From the human T2T-CHM13v2.0 reference genome, Homo sapiens: a stretch of DNA of 64,000 nt. Below the pieces are notes generated by a model, which had not been told where the DNA came from, did no database searches, and worked only from the letters and a program-made list of their open reading frames with translations. The translations under genes were made by a program, and so were the position numbers. Every line of letters starts with the position of its first letter. Within the stretch, counting starts at the first letter, position 1. Of the stretch, positions 27,613 to 42,435 are shown piece by piece. The stretch lies in assembly GCF_009914755.1 (NCBI RefSeq), contig NC_060931.1, one strand, 5' to 3'.

Positions 27613-29931
27613 TGATACAGGTGAAAGCTTTATTAAAAAACAAATGTAACTTAACATTTCCATTTCATATATATAGGGGAAGAAAATTCCCATTTTTTGG
27701 TGAAGATACTAATTTTCATAAGTAATGAACATAAAAAAATATATTTTTTTACTGTTAGCAGACAATAATTTTTTTTCTACTGTTTAAAAACTTCCATCCT
27801 TTTTTTCTAATAAAAAAACTCCAGAATCTTCCTGGATTAGCCTCAGACCCATCGCACCTGCTGGTCTCTCTGCCTGGAATCTTCTTTAAAACAAGGTGAC
27901 TTGCCATTTCTTTCCATCTTATTTCAGCTCTCAGTCAACCTCTCACTTCCCTGCCCACCAAAATACAGCCCCCGTATGTATCTCTTTATCCCTTTACCTA
28001 CTTTATTTTCCTTTATAATTCTTATCAGACATTTTATTGCACATATCATTAGTGAGGTGAGATGGAGATCATATTTTGTGGCGATTAGTAAGGGATTGTA
28101 ATATCTCTCAATAACAAAATTGCTTTAGACCAAATTTTTGTTTGCTTATATGATTTTTACACCCATTATTTCAGCACTTTAATGACTCTGTCAGATGTAT
28201 AGGTTAGTTAGTAGTCATACTTCTGTAAAATTCTCTAGTAGAATCAAAATACATGTGCTCTCCCTTTCCTCTGCATGGATTTTTTTTTTCCACATGAGGG
28301 AAGCTGTGGTAAATAATGTTATAGATTTTCACTCGTTAGTAATATTACTCAAATAAACGATGGGAAAATGTTTCTCTTGACAGGATTGAGTAGGTAGACA
28401 TAGGAATTCATGGAACCACTTATGTTAAAATTGATAACTTTAAAAAAAATTGGATAGCAGAAATAAGACTTGTTTTATGTATTAGCATCCAGCCAAATTA
28501 TCATAACTGATTGTGTAGTGTAAGGTTAGTGATACAAAGATGTGCAAGATTTGGTTTTATACTTTATCTATTAGAAGTTTGGGTTTGGTGATACTTTTAA
28601 TACCATGCAGATTGCAGTTTTAGCTATCATGAATTTCTGAATATTTTATGTAAAACAAAGATGTTGCCTTTAAAAGAGTTAAAGTTGAAGTTTTTTAGGC
28701 TAGAATGTGATTTAGCTTTATATAGCTTTTTGTCAGACTCTTGGAATCATTTCAAAACACACTCATATTTTGTTTAGAGTTAACAGAGCTGTCTAGAAGT
28801 AATTTCTAGTTTCTCCTAGGCTACTCATGATGTTTGAATTATTTTCCGTATTCTCTGCTGAGAGATTCTTGTGGAAGTAGACTTTCTGAGCTTCTATAAA
28901 CATTTTCCTTCTGGAACTATGCCCAGTCCACCTGTTCACCATTTACAGGGAAATGCTGCTTTCCTAATGAAAATCAAGCCCAGATTTTCCAGTTCAGCTT
29001 CTGTAGGTAGGGAGTGCAGCTGTACTGGGCAGCCTCCAGTGAGTCCCAGGGACTTGACTTCTTGCAGGTTTTCTGCTGATGGCAGCTGCTATCACCATGT
29101 TTATCTTTTGGGGGACTGGATGCTGCTCCTTCTTCAACGTTTTGGCCCAAGAGTAGACAACATATGTCATAACTAACACAAGGCTGTCATGTTTAAAGAC
29201 ATCTTTACTGAATGCTGCAGAGGAATAAAGAGAGGAAAACCCAGAGAGCTCCATGAATCATGAATTCAGGCATTCTAACTTTAGAGCTATGGCACATTCA
29301 TCTTCAGTTAGTTGAGATGGTTGCTTGCATGTAAGTGGCTTTTCACATTTCAAAAATGGTTTCCCAAGTGAGCATATGTTTACTCTTGGCTGACACGCCT
29401 CTGAACCAGCCCCAAGTTGGTGTGCATGGTGCTAGGGCATGATTTCAGGCCCGACTCATACCCCCAAGCTAGACACCTTTGTGCAGAGTACATCTATATG
29501 TGTACTAGGGATTGCCTACTGAGGTTTTTCCTAGTTCTCCCTTTACCTTCAGAAGGCATAGAGCACCTTTAATAGCCCTCCTGCCTTGGCCCTCATCCTC
29601 CCTCCCCACCAACCCCTGAATTCCTTTAGAGATTCCTCATCTCCTCAAAGTCCAGAGGTGGGCTGTCTTCTCCCACCTCCTTGTAGGAGCTCACCCTGAT
29701 GAAGGTTATTTCATTTCTGAAGCTCTGTCTCCTTTTTGGCAACTGGCACCAGCAAGGATCAGATCCTTCTAAAACTGTCTCCTGTTTATAACAGAATCTG
29801 ACACTTCCAACATCATGTAAGAGCTGCATATGCCAATCACAGTGGAGTTTTTAATCCTGTACCCAGGTCTGTTGTGAGGATAAATGGTAATTCCCATTGC
29901 ATTTTTGTGTGTGATAAAGTATATTGCTTAA

Positions 29932-30065
29932 GAGAGTTCTGGGGATGTATAGTGGTGATGATTACACAACGATGTGAATGTATGTAGTATCACTGAACTG
30001 TACATTTAATGTTTAAGGTGGTAATCTTTTGTTACCTGTCTATTACCACAATAAAAATGGAAAAA
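29932..30065 (+). mobile_element. 5'-truncated L1MA/MB 3' end with TSD
   Basis: gagttctggggatgtatagtggtgatgattacacaacgatgtgaatgt...ccacaataaaaa; TSD tatattgcttaa at 29920-29931 and 30066-30077. Confidence 0.88.
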
Positions 30066-30084
30066 TATATTGCTTAATAAAATA

Positions 30085-30320
30085 ATACTTGATAAAGTCC
30101 ATGCAGTGTTTACTACATGTCAGTACCATTTTGAACATTGTACACGTTGCGGTTTACTTAATCCTCACAACAACCCTGTTAGGTAGCTAATATTATAATC
30201 CTTATTTGACACATGAGAAAAATGTGCTACATAGAAGTTACATAATTTGCTATTAAGTGAGAGAACGAGATTCAAACCAAAGTTGTTTAGCTCCATAGCT
30301 CATGCTGTCAACCACTATGT
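30085..30320 (-). mobile_element. MIR
   Basis: ttaatcctcacaacaaccctgttaggtag...gagattcaaaccaaag...gctcatgctgtcaaccacta. Confidence 0.8.
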
Positions 30321-30364
30321 TAATACAAATCTGCATTGTCCTAATTTTATTCTATATTTATGTT

Positions 30365-30500
30365 CAGATAGAAGGCACTCTGGGAATCTGGAGACTGGGG
30401 TTCTCAGTTCTGGCTCTGTGACTGCACCACATTTGTGACTGTGACCAGAGTAGCTTCTCTAGTCTTCAGTTATTTTAGTTATAAAATGAGATGGGATAAG
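30365..30500 (+). mobile_element. MIR fragment
   Basis: ggaatctggagactggggttctcagttctggctctg...tcttcagttattttagttataaaatgag. Confidence 0.6.
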
Positions 30501-30615
30501 GTTCACTGTTAAATTTCTATTTATAAATGCTGTGGATGTGTATATATTTTTATGTATGTAAAGTTCTGAGGTTGAATAAGCCTTATTTTCTCTGTGGTCT
30601 AAACCATACCTATGG

Positions 30616-30703
30616 AATCTCATCTGTCAAACGCTATGTGATTGAAGATTAAAAAAAAAATCTCATCTGTCAAACGCTATGTGATTGAAGATTAAAAAAA
30701 AAA
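30616..30703. repeat. Perfect 43-bp tandem duplication
   Basis: tctcatctgtcaaacgctatgtgattgaagattaaaaaaaaaa at 30618 and again at 30661. Confidence 0.95.
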
Positions 30704-30711
30704 AAGGAAAA

Positions 30712-30832
30712 TTTTATTTGAAGAGACTGGGTCTCATTTTGTTGCCCAGACTTGAGTGCAGTGGCAAGATCATAGCTCATTGTATTCTCAAACTCCTAGG
30801 CTCAAGCGATCCCCCCATCTTAGCTTCCCAAA
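30712..30832 (-). mobile_element. Alu/FLAM/FAM monomer fragment
   Basis: gagactgggtctcattttgttgcccagacttgagtgcagtggc...ggctcaagcgatcc. Confidence 0.8.
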
Positions 30833-31089
30833 GAATTGTTATTAAATCTCATTTAGAAAAGTTGAATTTCTCAAATATTAACTTTGATGATATAATACTC
30901 ACCACATAAGTAGTAGTTGTGTGTACTTTCTAGTTTGAAACGTATAAGCTGTTTCGTGCATTAGTGGAGATGAGATATTAAAAATTATTCCTTGACATTT
31001 TTAAGAGTTGATAAAGGGAGAATTTTATAAAGTATGATATATGTAACTATATTATATTATGGGATGCAATTTTAAATGAGATTTCTGTC

Positions 31090-31460
31090 ACACTAAGTCA
31101 ACGTGTGTTTATCGAGTACCTACTGTGTCAGGCACATGCTTGATGCTAGAGTATACAGATGATAAAGAGAAGGTGGCCTGCCCAAATGGAGTTTACATTC
31201 CAGTGGGAAAGCTGGTAATCAACAAGTAAACAAATGAGAGAATACAATTAATAGCAGCCGTGATACCTGCTGGAAAGGAAATAGCATTATCCTGTGATAC
31301 AGAATCACTGATGGGGTCAACTTTTTGGTAGCATAGTTTGGAAAGGCCTCTCAGGAAATGACATTTTAAGTAAAAGCTGACAGAAGGACCACAAGGAATG
31401 AGTGGTGGGAGGAATAAGGGCAGATGTAAAGGAGTGGGGGGAGAATAGCATTCTAGACAA
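31090..31460 (-). mobile_element. L2 3' fragment
   Basis: tttatcgagtacctactgtgtcaggcac...ggagtttacattccagtggg...gaatagcattctagaca. Confidence 0.8.
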
Positions 31461-31461
31461 A

Positions 31462-32485
<1,024 letters not shown>

Positions 32486-32769
32486 TAACTGTGGTCTGCA
32501 GCTTCAGCTTCATGCCGGAGGGTTCCAGGGTGCCCTTTCTGACAGCCTGCCCTACAAACTATACTTTGAATAGCAGGGTTGTAGAGAATCATATTTATTC
32601 ATTTAGAATGTCAAATATATCTCTATAAAAGAGTTTAGCTTTGCTCATCAGCCTTTTAAATGTTTACCACTGACAGTGACTTCACTGATCTAATTACAGT
32701 TATCGAAGCCAATATTGTAAGAACTGTGCATCCTCTTATTGTGCACAATTGATCTGGAAGCATCTTTCC

Positions 32770-33208
32770 TATACCGAGTTAAATAGTGTCACCCCAGAAA
32801 AGTTATTTTCACCTATGAATGTGAGTTTATTTGGAAATTGGGCTTTTGCAGATGTAATTAAATAAGATGAGGTCATACAGGATTAGACCGGACTATAATC
32901 CAATGACTGGTATCCTTATATGATGAGGGGGCTTTGGACATAGGGACACATAGGGAGAGTGCCATGTGCAGATAGACGCAGATATTGGAGTTATGCTGCC
33001 GAAGTCAATAATGCCAAGTATTGTTGGAACCACCAGAAGCTAGGAGAGAGGTGGAACAAATTCTCCCTTTGAGCCCTCAGGAAGGAACCAAAGCTACTGA
33101 AACTTGATCTTGGACTTCTGGCCTCCAGAGCTGAGAGAATAAATATCTGTTGTTTTAGGACATTCAGTTTGTGGCATTTTGTTATGGTAGCCCTAGGAAA
33201 TGAATATG
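32770..33208 (+). mobile_element. MLT1B/C solo LTR
   Basis: gaatgtgagtttatttggaaattgggcttttgcagatgtaatt...ggacttctggcctccagagctgagagaataaat...gttatggtagccctaggaaa. Confidence 0.88.
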
Positions 33209-33871
33209 TCTTCTGACAAGTAAAAGTAAAATAGTGGACTCTAACAAATTAATTTTTAAGCACCCAACAGAAAATGTCACTCTTCCACAGAGCCAATGTC
33301 TATACTATGGCTGTTTTCCAGTTTTGGAGTTCTGGAAGTTTGTTAGCTACCATTGCTCTTTGAGTAATTCTTAAACCTTTTATACCAGGTCACATTTAGA
33401 ATAGAATATAAAAACCTTGGACACAAAATCAAAGTTCATACCAGATCAAGAGGGGACAAAAATGGACTAGAAGGAAGGTTACATAAAGTGGTACTATGTC
33501 TTCTGCAATTTGTTTGTTTTCTTGTAATATTTGCCCTGAGCTCACCAGCGAAATAATAGATAGACTCCATAGAAGTCAACTCTTAAAAATGACTTTTCTG
33601 TCATTCTTTACCTCCATCCTATCAAGCACACATGACCTTGGTTCCATTGTGCAGGACTTAGGAACACACTTTGAATGTAAGCAGTTTCTTCTAGCATTGC
33701 TGGCAGTAAAAGGATGCCTCATCTTACGGAATAGAGTTGTTTCTGGAGGTCTTGCTTAAGCGTACATTTGGAAGTGATTTTTTTTTTTCCTTTACGTTTT
33801 CTGTTGTAGAATAAAAAATTTCTTTCCACAAAGGAATTATTATACCCAAAATATGTTTAAAAACAATTTAA

Positions 33872-34237
<366 letters not shown>

Positions 34238-34719
34238 AACAACTGAAATATTTTTAAAAGTATGTATATCATGTAATATATATATATATATATGCATGCT
34301 ACCTAAGCTTAAATGCAACAAAGACCATACAAGGCTTTTATGGAGACAAATAAATGCACCTGTGTACCACATTCATGATAGAAAGTATTAGTATTATAAA
34401 GATGCCCATCATGTCCACATTAATCCATAAATTCAGTTCTAATCAGTAACTGAACGCTTAAAACCTTTGCATAACAGACATTTTCAAACTTTACAGAAGT
34501 AAAGAGAAAAGCATGATGAACCCCATGTACTCTAGCAAATTCCACTTGTGACCAATGATTTCTTAGAAATGTATCATTATTAACTTATGAGACTTTAAAA
34601 TACACTTGAGGTATTTAATTCATGTCATTCGTTTTTATTGAAACTCAAATTGTCAAATCTTTGTCCAATTGTGGTGCCTTTAAGTTGGATCTTGTGACCT
34701 TTTGACATGACTCCATTAG

Positions 34720-35263
34720 TTTTTTTTTATATATACTTTTATGGTGGTAAAATATATATACACACATATAGCATAGAATTTGTCATTTTAACCATTTAAA
34801 AAGTGCAGTTCAGTGACATTCATTGTATTCAGTGTTGTATGGCCATCACCATTATTTATTTCCAAAACGTCTTTGTCATTTCAAACAGAAACTGCAACTT
34901 CTAAGCAATAATTTCCCATTTCTTCCTCCCTCCAACCCTGGTAACTTCTAATCTCCTTTTTGTCTTTATGAATTTGTCTACTCTAGGTATTTATGTAAAA
35001 TCATACAACACATATCTTTTTTTACCTAACTTATTTAATAATTTTATTTTCATGATGTTTTCAAGATTCATTCATATTATAGCATGTAACAGAACTTAAT
35101 TCCTTTTTTGGCTGAATAATAATATTCCAGTGTATGCGTATATCGCATTTCGTGTATTCATTCATTTGTTGATGGACACTTGGGTTGTTGCCTCCTTTTG
35201 GCTATTGCAAATATTGCTCATGATGAACATTGGCTTACAGGTATCTGTTTGAGTCCCTGTTTT

Positions 35264-35294
<31 letters not shown>

Positions 35295-35795
35295 GAGATG
35301 GAGTTTTGCTCTTGTTCCCCAGGCTGGAGTACAGTGGCGTGATCTCAGCTCACTGCAATCTCCGCCTCCTAGGTTCAAGCGATTGTCCTGTCTCAGTCTC
35401 CTGAGTAGCTGAGATTACAGGTGCCTGCCACCACGCCTGGCTAATTTTTTGTATTTTTAGTAGAGGTGGGGTTTCATCATGTTGGCCAGCCTGGTCTTGA
35501 ACTCCTGACCTCAGGTGATCCACCTACCTCAGCCTCCCACAGTGCTGGGATTACAGGTATAAGCCACCACACCCGGCCCCTATTTTCAGTTCTTTTGGAT
35601 GTATACCCAGGAGTGAAGTTGTTCAATCATATGATAATTCTGTGTTTAGCTTTATGAGGAAATGCCAAAATGTTTTTCACAGTGGCTGCACCATTATACT
35701 ACTTAACAGAAATGTTTGAGAGTTCCAACTTTTTTACATTCTTGCCAACATGTTATTTTTAATTTTCCTTTCCTATAGCTATGTGAAGTGGTATC
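34720..35795 (-). mobile_element. L1MB-like 3' end, interrupted by an Alu
   Basis: gtcattttaaccatttaaaaagtgcagttcagtgacatt...gttgatggacacttgggttgttg...agtggctgcaccatt. Confidence 0.88.
35266..35578 (-). mobile_element. AluS (Sx/Sq/Sp-like), full length with long poly-T
   Basis: gagatggagttttgctcttgtt...cctgacctcaggtgatccacc. Confidence 0.96.
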
Positions 35796-35934
35796 TGTAC
35801 AGAAATGTTCATTGCAGCACAGTCAAGTGAAAAACAACTCAAGGGAATATCGGGAAAGAGTAGATAAAACTGGATTATTCGCAGATCAGAATACTACGTA
35901 GCAGTTAAAATGAATGGGCTACAAGTTAAAATGA

Positions 35935-36495
35935 ATGTGATTCTGTTGCATTCTTCAGTACTTCAGTTACATTTTTCAACTCCAGAATTTCTGCTTGATT
36001 CTTTTTAATTATTTCAATCTCTGTTAAATTTATCTGATAGTATTCTGAATTTTTTCTCTGTGTTTTCTTGAATTTGAGTTTCTTCAAAACAGCTATTTTG
36101 AGTTCTTGAAAGGTCATGTATATCTGTTTCTTAAGGATTGTTCACTGTTGTCTTATTTAGTTCAGTTTGTGAGGTCGTGTTTTCCCGGATGGTCTTGATG
36201 CTTGTGGATGTTTGTCAGTATCTGAGCTTTAAAGAGTTAGGCATTTATTATAGTGTTCATCATTTGGGCTTATTTGTACCCATCCTTCTTGGGAAGGCTT
36301 TCCAGATATTCAAAAGGAGTTGGGTAAGCCATATCTGCATTAGGGGGCACCCTAAGGCCAGTAACACTGGTTCTTGCAGACTTCTATAGGTACTGTCTTG
36401 GTAGTCTTGGATAAGATCCAGAAGAACTCTCTGGATTACCAGACAGAGATATTGTTCTCCTCCTTTTCTCCCAAACACATGGAGTCAGTCTCTCC
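35935..36495 (-). mobile_element. L1 (L1PB/L1MA-type) ORF1/5' fragment
   Basis: ORF 35926-36117(-) ELKIAVLKKL...EIEIIKKNQAEILELKN is the L1 ORF1 coiled coil. Confidence 0.85.
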
Positions 36496-36509
36496 TCTAC
36501 TTCTCCCCC

Positions 36510-39500
36510 GACCCTCATTTTGAGTTAACTTTGTGTAGGGTCTAAGATCATCTTTTTGCATGTGGATATCCAATTGTTCTGGTTTTATTTGGTGAACGTA
36601 TTATCTATTCCCTAGTGTATTGCCTTGGCATGTTTGTTAAAAATCAGTGGATAATAAATATAAGAATTTATTGCTGGATTCGTAATTATGTGCCATTGAT
36701 CAATGATTTTTATTAGTACTATAATGCTTTGATCACTGTACCTTTATATAAGATTTGAAATTTAGAAAAGACCTCCAGTTTTTTTTCAAAATTGTTTTGA
36801 TTATTCTAAATGTTTTGCATTTTCATTTGCATTTTAGGACCTGCTTATCAATTTCTGTGGGAATAAGCCTCCTGGAATTTGATAGGGATTATTTTGAATG
36901 TATAGATCAATTTGGGGAGATTGCCATTTTAACAATATTGAGTCTTTCAATCCATAAATATTGAATGTCTCATCATTTAAAAAAACTTGAATTTTCTTCA
37001 AAGCTTTATAATTTTTACAGTACAAGTCTTGTTCTTATGTTACCTTTATTTGTATGTACTTTTTTAATGCTATTGTGAATGTGTCTCTTAATTTTACTTC
37101 CAGATTGTTTATTGCTTATAGAAATATAATTGATTTTTATATATTGATCTTGTATTATATCCTGTGAACTAGATGTGCTTTTTAAAAATTAGTTCTAATA
37201 GTTTTTTTGTGGACTCTTTGGGGTTTTCTATATACAGGATCATGTCATCTTCAAACAAAGACAGTTTTACCACTTTCTTTACAAACCGAATGTCTTTTAT
37301 TTGTTTTTCTTGGGTGGTTAGAGCTTCCAGTGCTGTGCTGAATAGAGGAGATGAGAGTGGACATCTGTGCCTTTTACCCTGTCTTAGAGGAAAAGAATTT
37401 GGTCTTTCACCAATATGTATTATATTCACTGTAGGTTTTTTGCACATGTTACCAGGTTCTATTCTAAGGTTGCTGAGACTTTTTATCTTGAATGCACATT
37501 GGATTTTGTCAAATGTTTTCTCTGTACCTGTTGAGATGTTCATTTGGTTTTTATTCTGTATTAATATGATGCATTACTTTAATTGATTTTTAGCTGTTAA
37601 AACCTCACATTTCTGGGGTAATTAAAAAAGATGGCTTATCATCTTTTTTTATATGTTGTTGAATTTGGTTCACTAATATTTTATTGAGGATTTTTGCATC
37701 TGTGTTTGTGAGAGATACTGGTTTGTAGTTTTCCTTTCTGGTAATAATTTGTCTCGCTTTGCTATCAGGGTGTTATTGCATCCCATAATGAGTGGGAATA
37801 TTCTAGAATGAGATGTGAGTAATATTCTTAAATCTACTTCTTATACTTCTCGGAAGAATTTGTGGAGTATTAATATTATTTCCTCCTTCAGTGTTTGATG
37901 AAATTCCCCAGTGAAGGAATCTGAGCCTGGACTTTTCTTTGTGGGAACATATTTTAAAAGCTCATTTAATTTTTGTACTTGCTGTAGATGTATTGAGATT
38001 TTCTATTCCTTCTTTAGTCAGTTTTGGTCATTCGTGACTTTTTAGGAATTTGTCTATTTAAGTTGTTGAATTTGTTGGCGTAAAGTTGTTAATATTTCTT
38101 TGTCTTTCTAATCTGTGAGGGGTCAGTGGTAATCATCTCTCTTTCATTCCTGATTTTTGTGGTTTTCTTTCTCTCTCTCTTTGCCAAGGGTTTGCTAATT
38201 TTGTTTTTAAAGAACCACCTTTTAATTTTTCCTCTGTTGTTTTTCTGTTTTACATTTCTTTAATTTCTCCTGTCATCTTTATTTTCTTCATTCTGTTTTC
38301 CCTTGATATGGTTTAGTCTTCTGTTTTCTACATTTTAAAGGTGAATTCTTAGATTATTGATTTGAGATTTTTTTCTTTAATATAGGAATGTTAACACTAT
38401 ACGTTTTTTTCTAAGTCTTGTGTTAGCTGCATCTCATACACTTGGACATGAGTTGTATTTCTATTATTCAGATTAAAATACTTGCTCATTCCCCCTTGTA
38501 ATTTTAAAAAAATTTTTCTTTGACCCGTATTTAGAAATAACTGCATTATTGTTGGTAAATATACTTTATACGATTTTAATCCTTTTAAATCTGCTAATGC
38601 TTTCTTTGTGGTCCAGCATATGACTTATCTTGGGTTCTATGGCAGCTTGAAAAGAATGATTATTTTGCTGCTGTTGTGTGGAGTGTGCTTTAGATGTGTG
38701 TTAAGGTAAGTTGATTGGCAGTGTTATAAGTCTTCTGTATTTTTGTTGATCTTCTGTCTACTTGTTCTATTCATTATTGAAAATTGAAATGTTCAACTAT
38801 TGTTTCTCTTTAATTTTGTCAGTTTTAGTTTTATGTATTTTGGACCCCTGTTACTGCATACATATTTATAAATTGTTATCTTTACCTGCTGAATTACCCT
38901 CTTATTATAAAATTTCCTTTTCTTTCTAGTAACAATTTTTGTCTTTAAATTCATTTTGTCTGATATTAATATAGCTGTCCTCTGATTACTGTTTTCATGA
39001 TATATCTTTTCCCATCCTTTTGTTTTCAACTGATCTGTATCTTTGTATCTAATGTGAATCTCTTCCAGACAGCATATGGTTGTCAAGTTTATTTTTCTCA
39101 GTCTATACTGTTAATCTGCACCTTTTGATTAGATGGTCTAATTCATTTATATTTATTTATATTTAATGTAATTATTAAGATTTAAGTATACCTTTTCATT
39201 ATATGTTTTCTATAAATGTTATATATTTTTTGTTCCTTCATTCCTCCATGACTGCTTTCTTTTGTGTTAAATGGATTCTTTTCTTAAATGCATCATTCTT
39301 GTTGTTTCTTTTAGTATATATTTTGAGTTACTTTCTTAGTGGTTATCCTGGGGATCATAACAAATAACTTAAAATTCAGTTCAGGTTAATCCTGGCATAA
39401 TTTCAAACATACACAGAATTTTTTCTCACTTGCATGCTTTTTTTGCCTTATAAATTATGTATTTATATGTTATAAGCCTATCAACAAAGTTTTATAATTA

Positions 39501-40030
39501 TTGCTTTATACAGTTGCCTTTTAAAACAAATAGGAGAAAAGCGTTCTCAAAAACAATTATATTGTATTTTATATTTACCTATTTAATTGCCTTTATTGGT
39601 ACTTTCAAATTTTTTTCATATGGATTTGAATTACTTCAGCTGGAAGTAATCCTTTAGTGTTTCTTGTAGAGCAATTCTGCTGGTGACAAATTCTCTCATT
39701 TTTTCTTTATATGGGAATATTTTAATTTTCGTTTTTGAAGGATAGTTTTGCTGGATATATAATTTTTGGTTCGTAGTCTTTTCTTTCCCCCCCCAGCGCT
39801 TTGAATATGTCACATCAGTGCCTTCTGGTCTTTATGGTTTCTAACAAGAAGTCAGCTGTTAATCTTATAGAGGATTCCCTGTAATATGCAAGTCATTTTT
39901 TCTGTTGTTTTACAGATTCTGTCTTTGAACATTTTGTCTTAATGTGTGTTTGACTCTTTGAGTTACCCTATTTGGAGTTCATTGAACTTCTTGGATATGT
40001 AATTTAATGTTTCTCATCAAACTAGACATT
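36510..40030 (-). mobile_element. Long old L1M fragment (ORF2 RT and EN, ORF1 C-terminus), degenerate
   Basis: 37169-37543(-) EKTFDKIQ...CPLSSPLF...LSLFEDDMILYIENPK (RT); 38793-39086(-) TICCLEE...KGWEKIYH...AILISDK (EN); 39631-39813(-) ORF1 C-terminus. Confidence 0.92.
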
Positions 40031-40373
40031 TTTGGCTATCATTTCTGTTGTAGTGTTTTTGCGGTTTTTAAAAATTTGTTCTTAGGGTTTTTATCTCTGC
40101 TTACATTACCCACCTCTTCTTGCATGTTTTACACTTTTTTCCATTAGAGCTTTTGGCATATTAATCATAGTTATGAATTTCTGGTTTGATAATTACATAA
40201 TCTCTGCCATATATGAGTCTGATTCTGATGCTTGCTTTGCCCCTTCAGATTGTGTGTTTTCTTGCCTTTCAGCATGCCTTGTAATTTTTTGTGGAAAGCC
40301 AGGCATGATGTACTGAGTAGCAGGAACTGAAGTAGTAAATAGGTCTTCAGTGTGAGGTTTTGTTTATCTGGCT

Positions 40374-40465
40374 TGTAGGTTTAACGTTTTCTATAACTGT
40401 AGGTTTAACGTTTTCTGTAACTGTAGGTTTTCTGTAGCTGTAGGTTTTTCTGTAACTGTAGGTTT
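40374..40465. repeat. Degenerate minisatellite, five tgtaggttt cores with 17-24-bp units
   Basis: tgtaggtttaacgttttct(a/g)taac x2, then shorter units. Confidence 0.85.
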
Positions 40466-42416
40466 CACAGGCTTTAGTTTCCCGTAGTATCCTTGCTTTT
40501 TTCTCCTTTATTTTCTTTGGGCTTCCCTAGAAATACCGCCTTAAGTAGAGTCTGTACCTTGCAGCTATTTTAGTTGTAATCCACTGTTGTTCTATTAGAG
40601 CCCTGTTGATGTAGTGATAAGGTGTTGCGGAGAGGAAACATTCTATAATCTTGTGATAAACCTCAGATTTGTTTAGTAGGCCTGAGTCCCTGGGCTGTGA
40701 CCTTCAGAAGAGTTTCTTAGCATTTTTTTTTCTCCTCTTCTGTGAGACAGGGATGCTAGAGGGGACTGAGTTGTATAATCACCTTCCCCTAGGTCACATA
40801 AAGTTCTGACAAAGTAGTTTCCCTTGGGAGAAGGCCTTTATTATATAGAACAGAAGGCTCCGGGCATATTTCAAAATACTTTTCCCCAGATGCATTTTGG
40901 CATGCTTACTTTTCCCCTTGCCCTTGCTGAGCACATGATTTATTTATTATTTTATTTTTATTTTTATTTATTTATTTTTTTAACCTCCAGTCTTCACCAG
41001 GAGAACATAGTGGGACTTCTGGGGGTAAAACTTATGAAAGTGTATGGGTCCCCTAAGACTGAGCCCCCAGTAGTTTTTTTTTTTTTTTTTCCTCAAGCTA
41101 GTTTTTACTCAGCCTCCAGCAAATAGTGAGTTACCACTTAAGTGTTCCTACAGTTATTTCCTCTAGTAGCGCTCCTCCTAGTAAGCTGTGATTTTGTGTC
41201 TCCAGTTTTCAGTGCAACTATTTGCCCTGAGACCTCAGTTCTCTGGTGTATCTAAGAATTGTCCATGTTCAAGTTTTCCACTATTTTTCATGTTGGGAGA
41301 GTGGGACTTCCGAGCTCTTTACATGTTGCAACAGAAACCAGCAGTATTATCTCTTCAGTTATTCTTCCTCTCTTCTTTTAGGACCCCAGTTATGTGTAAC
41401 TTCATGCACTTGGGGATGTCCCAGAGGTGCCAGAGATTCTTTTCATTTTTTTTTCATAATTTATTCTTTTCCTCAGACCACATAATCTCAATGTATCTTT
41501 GAATTTGCTGGGTCTTTTTTCTGCTCATTTTTGTCAGCTGTGGACTCCTTACATGAATATTTCCTTTCAGTTATCATACCTTTCAATTCCAGAGTTTTAA
41601 TTTTGTTCCTTTTTGTGATGTCTGTCTCTTTCTTGACATTTTTTATTTTGTGAGAGTTAAAGAATTAAAGGAAAGTATGAGCATGATGGTTTCCTTTAAA
41701 GTTTACGTCTTAAGTTCAACATCTAGGCTTCATCAGGGACAGCTTCTATTGACTCCTTTTCCTGTGTATGGTCTGTACATTCCTATATCTTTGCATGCTT
41801 CATATTTTGGTTAAACACTATAAATTTTAAATTATTTAATGTGTAAACTTTGGAAGTTCAAATTTGTTATCCCCCCAGAGTATCATCCTGTTGATAAGGC
41901 TGCTGTTACTTCGTATAGTGACTTCTCTGGACTAATCTCATAAAGTTTATTTTCTTCATTGTGTGGGGACACTGAAATCTCTGTTGGGTTTGATTAGTGG
42001 TCAGTTGATGATTGGACACAAATCCCTTTTACTAAGTCTCCCATCCTTCTGTGAGGGGCTCTGTATATGTGTTGTGTATGGCTCTTTCCTCGGCTTGTAT
42101 ATGGCCCGGTACATGTGTGTGGAGTTCCAGATACCCACTGTGGACATCTCATTTCACAGGTCTCCCATTTAAATTTTTGGCTGGACTCTTGGCTGCCCAA
42201 CTGGTATGGCCGACTTAATAGCTGTGGTGTTAATCAATTGCAGCTGATTGTTTTTGACAAATGCCCTAGGGTAGAGGGCTTCTCCTGCTTGGTGAGCTCT
42301 GCATGACATCAAGTAATGATAATGCCTTGTGAATGGGGCTTCCCTGAGAGCTGTGAAGCAGGTCAGACAGTGACAGTGCTCCAGAGAGGGCGCTTTTGGG
42401 GAAGTCTGAACTGGGT

Positions 42417-42435
42417 CTGCTCCCTCTGGTGGCTA
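42417..42435 (-). promoter_or_regulatory. CTCF-like motif
   Basis: Minus strand reads tagccaccagagggagcag, close to the CTCF core CCASYAGRKGGCRS (one mismatch). Confidence 0.4.

Noticed and set aside
30616-30705. Direct repeats as a possible CRISPR-like array (also 40374 and 49662)
   Set aside because: Eukaryotic context; the units are tandem without unique spacers and there are no cas genes.
37169-37543. ORF with reverse-transcriptase motifs (LSLFEDDMILY)
   Set aside because: Broken L1 ORF2 remnant; surrounding frames are full of stops and frameshifts, so it is not a functional RT gene.
38793-39086. ORF with endonuclease-like motifs
   Set aside because: Degenerate L1 EN domain from the same dead element.
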